Under the pieces are notes generated by a model. It searched no databases. It was not told the DNA's origin and saw only the letters and a program-made list of their open reading frames with translations. Of a DNA stretch of 15,140 nt, positions 7,043 to 13,608 are shown one piece after another. Source of the DNA: a virus; the IMG/VR virus record IMGVR_UViG_3300034107_000243. One strand, written 5' to 3'. Every line of letters begins with the position of its first letter. Within the stretch, counting starts at the first letter, position 1. Both the position numbers and the translations under genes were made by a program.

Positions 7043-7411
7043 TCTGCAGCTCCTCAACAATCGTTGCCAGCATCCTGGGCTCGTATGCGATCACCTCGGC
7101 CACTGGCCTGCCGGTACGCAATGCGACCTGAACGATCAGACGGCGTGGGTCGCCGTCTTCGTAGGGCCCACATGCTCGCGTCGCTCGACAATGACCTTGT
7201 GATCCCGGCCCCATTTCTTGATGACCTTCAGGTCAAGTGGCTCGGGGTCGACGAGTGCGCAGAACGCGGACAGCAGGTCGAGCCCTGCCGGGTACGCCGT
7301 GACCTTCGCCTTGTCGCACAGGTCCCGGTAGTCGACGACGTAAACCGTGAGCACCGGCACCTCGACGGGGTCACTGGCCCCGTCGAGGTACACGTTTAGG
7401 ACATCCCACAC
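7035..7411 (-). CDS. Predicted -1 frameshift product of the tail assembly chaperone (G-T-like), about 125 aa
   Basis: A -1 slip at GGGCCCT (7169-7163) joins ...REHVGP to YEDGDPRRLIVQVALRTGRPVAEVIAYEPRMLATIVEELQSG. That frame looks coding, has no credible start of its own, and ends at TAA 7037-7035, overlapping the next gene's GTG. Confidence 0.45.
7136..7411 (-). CDS. Tail assembly chaperone candidate (G-like zero-frame product), 91 aa, GTG start
   Basis: First gene after the major tail protein. The GTG at 7411-7409 overlaps the major tail TAG by 1 nt. The ORF-track N-terminus (to 7516) is Arg-rich and overlaps the major tail gene. The gene contains a slippery heptamer near its 3' end. Confidence 0.55.
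   Translation of the reverse strand: MWDVLNVYLDGASDPVEVPVLTVYVVDYRDLCDKAKVTAYPAGLDLLSAFCALVDPEPLDLKVIKKWGRDHKVIVERREHVGPTKTATHAV
7138..7169 (-). promoter_or_regulatory. Programmed -1 ribosomal frameshift signal: slippery heptamer G_GGC_CCT plus downstream 8-bp hairpin
   Basis: The heptamer at 7169-7163 fits X_XXY_YYZ in the zero frame. After a 4-nt spacer comes the perfect stem AGACGGCG / CGCCGTCT with a 5-nt loop (7158-7138), ending at the zero-frame TGA. Confidence 0.45.
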
Positions 7412-7794
7412 TAGGAGATCGCCAGCTCGCCGGTGAGCGATGCCGTGGCGGTCGCGACGCCGGTAGCGTCGTATGCGACCTCGACGGACTCGACGTACAT
7501 GGCAGCACCGACCCACGCCGTGTTGGTGCCGTCGTCGATGGTGACGGCGAGCGACGTGCCTGCGGTCGCGGCATTCTCGAGCGCGTTGTACATGCCCGAG
7601 TCACCGTCGAACAGGAACGTGACGGCGAGCGCGCTGATGAGGTCGGTCTGCGTGAACGCGTTGCCGCCGCCGAGCGTGCGCGTGCGCGTGATGGTGCTCG
7701 TCTGGGTGATGGTGCCTGAGGTGACCTGGGCGCTGTATGCGGTCGAGGCCACCTGCACGGTGAACTCCGACCCGGCAATGCTGACGACTGGCAT
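7411..7794 (-). CDS. Major tail protein candidate, 127 aa
   Basis: Position between the neck genes and the chaperone. Ser/Thr/Ala/Gly-rich beta-type sequence. Strong SD GAAGGAG upstream of the ATG at 7794. Confidence 0.6.
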   Translation of the reverse strand: MPVVSIAGSEFTVQVASTAYSAQVTSGTITQTSTITRTRTLGGGNAFTQTDLISALAVTFLFDGDSGMYNALENAATAGTSLAVTIDDGTNTAWVGAAMYVESVEVAYDATGVATATASLTGELAIS

Positions 7795-7796
7795 TT

Positions 7797-8171
7797 CTAC
7801 TCCTTCATAGAGGCTGTGAGGCGGATATCAACTGTGATGACTGACCCTTGGGCGCCGATGTCGACGAGTGTCGGGGGTCCGATGTCGGTGACGACTGCGT
7901 ACTTGGGCAGGGCGCCGAGGATCGTGTCGATGGCGTCCTCGGCGTCGAGCTGCGCGGCGCTGTTCTTGCGCGGGTTGACGACGATGACCAGGCGCCACTG
8001 TGTCCGGTACGACAGGCGCCCGAGTCGCTCGGGGACGACCCACGGGGAGTCGGCCATGATGACGATGCTCGGGGGGATCGGCACGGGCGGGGTCGACGTG
8101 TACACCTTGTATCCGAGGCCTGTAACGGCTGCCGTGATCGCTAGGCGGGCCTCGGTCGTGAGGGCTGTCAT
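7797..8171 (-). CDS. Neck / tail terminator-like head-tail joining protein, 124 aa
   Basis: The internal ATG at 8171 overlaps the adaptor stop as ATGA. The product MTALTTEARLAITAAV...PPSIVIMADSPW...WRLVIVV resembles DUF3168/tail-terminator-type proteins. The ORF-track extension to 8624 is Arg-rich and out of frame with the adaptor gene. Confidence 0.45.
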   Translation of the reverse strand: MTALTTEARLAITAAVTGLGYKVYTSTPPVPIPPSIVIMADSPWVVPERLGRLSYRTQWRLVIVVNPRKNSAAQLDAEDAIDTILGALPKYAVVTDIGPPTLVDIGAQGSVITVDIRLTASMKE

Positions 8172-8488
8172 CCGACCATGCTCTCGACTCGGATGTATGG
8201 CGCGATGAGGGCGGCCCGGCTCTTCAACAGGATCGAATTGAGCCTGTAGGGGCTGGCCTGCATGTCGAGGCCGACGGACTCGCCCCCGGCTGCGAACCGT
8301 GCCTGAAATATGTCGATCCCGATTCCGAGCGTTGCTTCCTTGAGGGCTGCGGGCTCGGCTGCCAGTGCCGCCGCCGTAATCACTGAGCTGACTACGGCGA
8401 CGGCTGCCGCTGCCACCTGGTCGAACGGGTCCGCCGCATAGGTCAAATCCAATGCGGTTGCCAGTTGCGTCCCGGTGAGCAGCGCCAT
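8168..8488 (-). CDS. Head-to-tail adaptor (gp6-like connector) candidate, 106 aa
   Basis: Starts 3 nt after the capsid gene stop. Size and position are typical of head-tail adaptors. The sequence resemblance is weak. Confidence 0.45.
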   Translation of the reverse strand: MALLTGTQLATALDLTYAADPFDQVAAAAVAVVSSVITAAALAAEPAALKEATLGIGIDIFQARFAAGGESVGLDMQASPYRLNSILLKSRAALIAPYIRVESMVG

Positions 8489-8491
8489 GGC

Positions 8492-10006
8492 TTACGGCTC
8501 GACGATCCGGACGATGCCAGCCGGAAGGTAGGCAGCAGTGACGCCGTAGCCGTAGATCGCGATATCGCGACCGATCTGGCTGACATTTTCTGCCTGGGCA
8601 AGCCGGGGTCCGTCTTCGATCCACCGTGCGGCCTCACCGTTGGTGACGATCGCGTGCCGTGTCGCTGCGCCGTCGAGCCACTTGGCGCGGACGACCCGCA
8701 GGCCGGACACGTTGACCTGCAGCGTGCTCGCGGTCGCGACACCGGACACGTTCTGGACGCCGTACGGCGCCGGGTAGAACGACTCCCATCCGCCAATGGC
8801 CGTCATGAGCGCGGTCGATGCGTAGACGATGGTCGCCGGGACGCCGGTCGCGTCCTCGCACTTCATCGAGGCCTCAAATACCGTCGCCCGGAAGGTCGCA
8901 CCGGTCGTATCGGCGCTGAGATCGTAGGTTTCGGTTCCGCTGCCGAGCTGCCACATGTCATCGGTGAACTTCCGGTCCGTGACCGTCGAGTACGACGCCG
9001 CCATGATGCGGTTGTGCGCGTCGAGGTAGGAAGGCATCGACCTCTGCAGCAGCTGGTACGAGATGTCCGAACCGGCCGCGTAGGTCGCGAGGCTTGCTGT
9101 GCCCTTCTTAATGTCGATACGGACGCTGTTGACTTCGTCCTTCTCGTTGGCTTGCGCCTCAACGATCGTCGTGAGGTTGCCGTCGAAGTAGGGCCAGTTG
9201 ATGTCGAGGCCGCTGGTGCCAGCGGACTGCGGGCCGCCGACTCCGGTGATGACGGGTCGACCGAGGTCGATGATGCCCCGCACCTGCATGAGCCACACGG
9301 GCGGGAGTACGCCCGGGTTGTTGTCCGTGACCTGGTCGACAAGTGCGCGGGAATCGAATCCCTCGAGGACGGCCTTGGAGTACTCGCCGAACGAGCGGAA
9401 CTGTGCGAGCGGGTGGACGGGCTCCGCGACGTGGGCGACGGACTGGACCTCGCGGCGCAGCTCGTCGATGGCCTCGCGTGCCTGGATGTCTGCGACGACC
9501 GCCGGGGCGGCGTCCTCGACGGTTTCGACTGACATGTGATCCTCTCTGATTGAACCGACGCCTGCCGTTGAGTAGGCAGGCTGGTGGGTGAGACTCACCT
9601 CGGCCAGTGCGGCTTTGGTGTAGACGATTGCGTTCTTGCCTTGGGTCCGCTTCGATTCGAGCGGTGCGAACCCGACGGACAGGCCACGGCTCGACCCCGT
9701 CCGCATGAGCGTCGCCGCATCACGCCCGAGGCTCGTGTTGACGACGTCGAAGTCGATATACAACCCGTCCGGCTCGTTGCTTGCTGCGGTAATGACGCCG
9801 ATGGGCTCGTTGTGGCGGTATGCGAGCGGCTTGCCGACCACTGCAGCGGTATCGAATGCACCGGGCGCGAACGACTCCCGCATTCCGTCGTACTCGATCT
9901 CGACTCCGTAGGGGACGGCCATGCCGTAGCCGGTTCCGATGACGTCGCCGCCGTCGTCTGCCCTAGTGTGGAGCAGCAGCGTGCCGTCCGTCGTGAGGTG
10001 TCTCAT
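8492..10006 (-). CDS. Fusion of HK97-family prohead protease (about aa 1-155) with an HK97-fold major capsid protein (about aa 200-504), 504 aa
   Basis: The N-terminal YGMAVPYGV...ESFAPGAFD...GLSVGF...EVSLTHQPAY matches the S78/U35 prohead protease pattern. A coiled-coil-like linker follows. The C-terminal GTASLATYAAGSDISYQLLQRS... matches the Phage_capsid pattern. The ATG at 10006 abuts the portal TAG. Confidence 0.85.
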   Translation of the reverse strand: MRHLTTDGTLLLHTRADDGGDVIGTGYGMAVPYGVEIEYDGMRESFAPGAFDTAAVVGKPLAYRHNEPIGVITAASNEPDGLYIDFDVVNTSLGRDAATLMRTGSSRGLSVGFAPLESKRTQGKNAIVYTKAALAEVSLTHQPAYSTAGVGSIREDHMSVETVEDAAPAVVADIQAREAIDELRREVQSVAHVAEPVHPLAQFRSFGEYSKAVLEGFDSRALVDQVTDNNPGVLPPVWLMQVRGIIDLGRPVITGVGGPQSAGTSGLDINWPYFDGNLTTIVEAQANEKDEVNSVRIDIKKGTASLATYAAGSDISYQLLQRSMPSYLDAHNRIMAASYSTVTDRKFTDDMWQLGSGTETYDLSADTTGATFRATVFEASMKCEDATGVPATIVYASTALMTAIGGWESFYPAPYGVQNVSGVATASTLQVNVSGLRVVRAKWLDGAATRHAIVTNGEAARWIEDGPRLAQAENVSQIGRDIAIYGYGVTAAYLPAGIVRIVEP

Positions 10007-11173
10007 CTATCCGCCCATCTGTACGAGGCTCGTCGGGGTGAGTCCGAGGGTGTTGAGGTCGATGACGGTGCGGGCCTCGTCGGGGGTGAGGACGCCGAGC
10101 GGCACCAGCTGCGCGACGAGGTTGCCGAGGTCGGTTGCGTTGCCCCGCAGGAAACCGGACGTGTCGAACCTGACCGAGTGCCCTCGAGGCGTGACGTCGG
10201 GCATCGACAGCCGGTGAGTGAGCATGTCCATGACCGGGCGAAGGCTGATGTCGAGCAGTTGCCGGTACAGGTCAACGCGGTTCGAGTACGTCAGCGACGA
10301 CCCGGACACGCTGGCGCCGACCCACACGGGGTCGAGGTTCGCGATACGGGCGATTCCGATCGCGGACTCGTTGCGGGCCTCGACCAGGGCGAGATCCCGG
10401 GCGGACCATCCCATGCCCTTAGCCTCGATCGCGCTATTCAGGTAGGCCGTGGCCCTGTTGCTCCTGGCTTCTTCCCATGCGGTCAGGAGCGCGTCCACTG
10501 TTGCCGCTGGAAGGTCGGCGCCGGTGTTCTTCAGGACCACGGTCGGCATGGGGTACTCGCTGTAATTCAATGTCGCGGCCTCGAGGGCGGCGGCTGTGTT
10601 GATCGCAGCGGCACCGGTCGACAGCCAACCGCCGAGGCCGTCGCCGTAGAACTTAATGACGTCGCGGGCCGGGACTGGCGTGCCGATGTAGTAGAACGGG
10701 TCGACGGGCGGAAACTGTGTGTTCTGGTTCGCCGTCGAGTGCGTGGTGAGGTCGGACACGTCGTCGACGTCCATCACCTGCACCTCGCGAGGGAACCCAT
10801 CCCACGTCCGGTCGACCACAAGCCAGTACGCCCGGTCGTGCAGCAGCAGGTTCTCGACAGTCCTCGCAATGACCGACGTGTACGGAAGATACGAGGATGG
10901 GCTGACAAGTACCTGCGCGGTTTCGATGGGCTCGCCCCCTCGGTATGTCCGCAGGCCGAACCCGCTGATCGTGTGAGAGTACGTCTTCATCGCGTCGACG
11001 AATGCGGGGACCTGCAGCGCGGCGGCCCTCGAGGTACGGAACGACGACCCGGCGCCCTGAATCATCTGCAGCAGTGACGTCCCGGCGCCCTCCCGCAAAG
11101 CCACAGACGGCCCGCCCTCCATCGACCTTGTGGGGGACGGAGGGGCGGACCATCTCGGACGGGGAAACGCCAC
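10007..11173 (-). CDS. Portal protein (HK97 family), 388 aa from the GTG at 11173; alternative ATG at 11122 gives 371 aa
   Basis: Position between terminase and protease-capsid. Portal-like motifs (LLLHDRAYWLVV, NRATAYLNSAIEAKGMGWSARDLALVEARN). The ATG at 11122 has an AAGG SD 4 nt upstream, so the true start is uncertain. Confidence 0.85.
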   Translation of the reverse strand: MAFPRPRWSAPPSPTRSMEGGPSVALREGAGTSLLQMIQGAGSSFRTSRAAALQVPAFVDAMKTYSHTISGFGLRTYRGGEPIETAQVLVSPSSYLPYTSVIARTVENLLLHDRAYWLVVDRTWDGFPREVQVMDVDDVSDLTTHSTANQNTQFPPVDPFYYIGTPVPARDVIKFYGDGLGGWLSTGAAAINTAAALEAATLNYSEYPMPTVVLKNTGADLPAATVDALLTAWEEARSNRATAYLNSAIEAKGMGWSARDLALVEARNESAIGIARIANLDPVWVGASVSGSSLTYSNRVDLYRQLLDISLRPVMDMLTHRLSMPDVTPRGHSVRFDTSGFLRGNATDLGNLVAQLVPLGVLTPDEARTVIDLNTLGLTPTSLVQMGG

Positions 11174-11179
11174 GCGCCC

Positions 11180-11206
11180 ATATTACATGTTTATAACGAT
11201 TGTCAA
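11180..11206 (-). promoter_or_regulatory. AT-rich promoter-like element (TTGACA, 15 nt, TAATAT) between terminase and portal
   Basis: The minus strand reads TTGACAATCGTTATAAACATGTAATAT. It is the only strongly AT-rich island in the structural region. The 15-nt spacer is suboptimal, and the -35 hexamer overlaps the terminase stop. Confidence 0.2.
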
Positions 11207-12960
11207 GCACGTCGACGGCTGTGAATGATCGCCGTCGGCCGTTGCCGCTTCGTCGCCTGAGCAGCCGCGAACATCACGGCACGCGCCGCATACGAGGGGC
11301 CCTCTCCCATCGCGCTAGACAGCACCCACCCGGCGTCCCGCTTTGAGATGCGCGATGACGCGAAGTGCTCGCGCAGGACGAGGCCCCCGTCGTGGAGGAT
11401 CGAGCGCCGGTCGAACAGGTCGAGCAGCGCTTGTGTACCGGCCACCGCCTCCCGCTGGCCCACGAGTTCGTCGAAGTGCTCGTGGAGCCGGTCGACGTAT
11501 CCGGGGGTGACGAGGACGAACAACTGCGGATGCTCGGCGCGCAGCTGCGCGAGACGCTCGTCGACCTGCTTGATCGTCCGCATCGTCGACACCCGGACGA
11601 CCACGCGCTCATCCTCGAGGACACCCGCGACCGCGACCGCATGCCCTTGCCCGTCGAATGCCGACTCGACCGCGACCGTCCATGTGCTCGACTCCGGCAG
11701 GTCAACGTCCGACGTCGTGTCGGCCCACTGGCTGTCCTTGAGCCAACTGCCCGACTTCGTAACCCACTGATTGCACCACTGCCTACGGAACGACGATTCC
11801 TCAAGCGTTGAGTGCTGACGTGCCACGAACGCTTGCCGCTTGTCGGTCCACTCGGGTGACGCCCAGGCCCACGTCTCGGGCTCGTCCGGGTTAGCGTCCG
11901 CCGGCGCCGACCACTCGAGCAGCAGCGTGCTGGCTGGCGCGTCGAGCTGCTCGATCGCTGCCGAGCGATACTGAATCATGAGGTCGCTCGACGAGTCGCC
12001 TGCAGTCGAAACGAGCCACAACTGAGGCTGCTCACGCTCCGACATCGTAGGCATGACCGCGTCGTCGATGACGTTGCGAGAAATCGCCCAGCACTCGTCG
12101 GCGAATACCATGCTGCACGAGTAACCGACGCCGGCAGAATTGTTGGCCGCATGGATCAGCCAACGATCACCACTCGGCAGGCTGATGCCCGCCGCGGCAT
12201 TGCCCCACCTGACCGAGCCCTTCCCGTATCGCTCGAGCGCCCACAGGCCTGCAGGTCGTAGTACCTCCATCGCCGTGTCGCGCTTGTTTGCCATGTGCAG
12301 GATTGTCTGAGGTTCGCCAAACAGGTCCCGGTTATGGAGGCGCCACATGCAAATCCCCCGGCTCAGCCAACTTTTGCCGCTCTGTCTCCCCACGCTCAGA
12401 ACGACAACCGCCCACACCAGGCGCCCGTTCTCGTCGTGCTCGAGCGCCCGATCGAGCGCGTGCCGCTGCCAGCCTCGCAACTCCATCCCGTACACGCTCG
12501 ACAGCCATTCGGCAGCCGCTCCACCGTGAGACCCCCGCACCGTCGCAGGCGCCCTAGTTTCCAACCGGGGTCTCACCCATCCAGCCGGGTCAAACTCGGG
12601 CCGCTCAGGCCCTCCCTTAGGCGATCCGGACCCCTTGGGGGAATAAGAGGCGGGGGACATGGGGAGTGACCTAGGTGTGCCTAAAGAACGGGTTGGGCTC
12701 TTGGCGTGGAGTTTCTTCGCGAGGTTTGCGCCGTGCTTGCGGTTGCAATCGAGGTGCGAGATGCCGGCGCCGTCCATGCTGGGGAGCAGGTCGCCTGTCA
12801 GGGCTAGGGCTGGTTCATGATCGGCGCTAGCACCCCACTTGCTTGTCCTGGGCAATGTCATGTCGACAGGCATGCCGCACCTGATGCATGTGGGATCACA
12901 TGTCGCCATGACTTGAGCGACCCATTGGCGGTAACCGGGGCCTCTGCGGTGGTTGCTCAT
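11203..12960 (-). CDS. HNH endonuclease domain fused to the terminase large subunit, 585 aa
   Basis: The N-terminus carries CIRCG...SADHEPA...HLDCNRKHG (CxxC / DH / H-x2-CN-x2-H HNH motifs). A Ser/Pro/Gly linker follows. The terminase ATPase has Walker A GRQSGKS and Walker B MVFADE, followed by a nuclease domain. It is one uninterrupted ORF. Confidence 0.85.
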   Translation of the reverse strand: MSNHRRGPGYRQWVAQVMATCDPTCIRCGMPVDMTLPRTSKWGASADHEPALALTGDLLPSMDGAGISHLDCNRKHGANLAKKLHAKSPTRSLGTPRSLPMSPASYSPKGSGSPKGGPERPEFDPAGWVRPRLETRAPATVRGSHGGAAAEWLSSVYGMELRGWQRHALDRALEHDENGRLVWAVVVLSVGRQSGKSWLSRGICMWRLHNRDLFGEPQTILHMANKRDTAMEVLRPAGLWALERYGKGSVRWGNAAAGISLPSGDRWLIHAANNSAGVGYSCSMVFADECWAISRNVIDDAVMPTMSEREQPQLWLVSTAGDSSSDLMIQYRSAAIEQLDAPASTLLLEWSAPADANPDEPETWAWASPEWTDKRQAFVARQHSTLEESSFRRQWCNQWVTKSGSWLKDSQWADTTSDVDLPESSTWTVAVESAFDGQGHAVAVAGVLEDERVVVRVSTMRTIKQVDERLAQLRAEHPQLFVLVTPGYVDRLHEHFDELVGQREAVAGTQALLDLFDRRSILHDGGLVLREHFASSRISKRDAGWVLSSAMGEGPSYAARAVMFAAAQATKRQRPTAIIHSRRRA

Positions 12961-13007
12961 GTCGTCGACCCGGTGACGGTTCCATGGTGGTTAAGTACTA
13001 ACGGTTC

Positions 13008-13087
13008 GGGTGACATGGGTGTCACCCCTTGCCTCTAAGGGGGGGTGACATGGGTGTCAGGGGGGGGGTGACACGGGTGTCACCCCC
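13008..13087. repeat. Three GC-clamped 16-bp dyad sites GTGACA-YGGG-TGTCAC (13010-13025, 13045-13060, 13068-13083) flanked by G7/G9 runs
   Basis: Read directly: GGGTGACATGGGTGTCACCC, GGGGGGGTGACATGGGTGTCAGGGG, GGGGGTGACACGGGTGTCACCCCC. They overlap the last codons of the HTH_36-like gene, and the array ends (13008) 48 bp upstream of the terminase start (12960). Confidence 0.85.
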
Positions 13088-13360
13088 GACGGTGATGCGC
13101 TTGCGCCATGTCCACAGGTTTGTCCCCACCTTGTGGACGCCGCATGTGCGCTCGATCCATCCGTCTGCCTCGATCTCTCGTAGGCAACGTTGGACCTGTC
13201 GACCTGAGACACCGGCGCGCCTCGACAGGCTGGAGATGGACGGCCAGCACAGGCCGCTGTCAGTGTTGGCGTAGTCGGCGAGGGCGATCGCGACCATGCG
13301 CGTGCTCGGCGACCAGTGCGCCGGCGCGAAGTCGAGGACGAGGGCTATCGCTTGGATCAT
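13022..13360 (-). CDS. Winged-helix DNA-binding protein (HTH_36-like), 112 aa; possible replication initiator or small-terminase substitute
   Basis: VAIALADYANTDSGLCWPSISSLSRRAGVSGRQVQRCLREIEADGWIER matches the HTH_36 pattern. ATGA overlap with the upstream gene (13357-13360). The C-terminal 20 aa are encoded by the dyad repeats. Confidence 0.7.
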   Translation of the reverse strand: MIQAIALVLDFAPAHWSPSTRMVAIALADYANTDSGLCWPSISSLSRRAGVSGRQVQRCLREIEADGWIERTCGVHKVGTNLWTWRKRITVGGDTRVTPPLTPMSPPLRGKG

Positions 13361-13608
13361 CTGTTCACCTTGCGCCTAAGTCGCTTGCGTTGGGCGTACA
13401 TGGCCTCGCATTGCTTGCAGCGCCATCGCACGTCAGCCCATCTCATCGAATGGCCACGGATGCATACGCCTTTTATCGCCGATATCGAGCGTTTCTGTCC
13501 CCTCAGTGTGGGCAGTTGCTTGTCGATGTTGTGCCGCTCGCATTGCTCGCAGATGTCGAGCACATCGATGGGTTCCTCACATGTCGCGCACCTCACGATG
13601 TCACCCAC
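13357..13608 (-). CDS. Cys-rich zinc-ribbon protein with a basic C-terminus, 83 aa
   Basis: Three CxxC pairs (CATC, CEQC, CKQC) plus VCIRGH, and the tail RKRLRRKVNR. G/C predominates at third codon positions. Confidence 0.55.
   Translation of the reverse strand: MGDIVRCATCEEPIDVLDICEQCERHNIDKQLPTLRGQKRSISAIKGVCIRGHSMRWADVRWRCKQCEAMYAQRKRLRRKVNR

Noticed and set aside
7797-8624. 275-aa minus-strand ORF spanning the adaptor gene and the capsid 3' end
   Set aside because: The N-terminal 150 aa are Arg/Gly/Pro-rich, out of frame with two well-supported genes and overlapping both. An internal ATG at 8171 gives a clean ATGA junction and a normal-looking 124-aa protein.
8465-9532. 355-aa plus-strand ORF
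   Set aside because: It is antisense to the major capsid domain and has Arg/Asp/Gly-rich low-information composition. Same reasoning as for the 497-aa ORF.
9584-11077. 497-aa plus-strand ORF, the longest plus-strand ORF in the window
   Set aside because: It is antisense to the portal and the protease domain, is Arg/Gly/Val-rich, and has no recognisable motifs. Long antisense ORFs are expected in high-GC DNA. The minus-strand genes here have clear portal and protease signatures.
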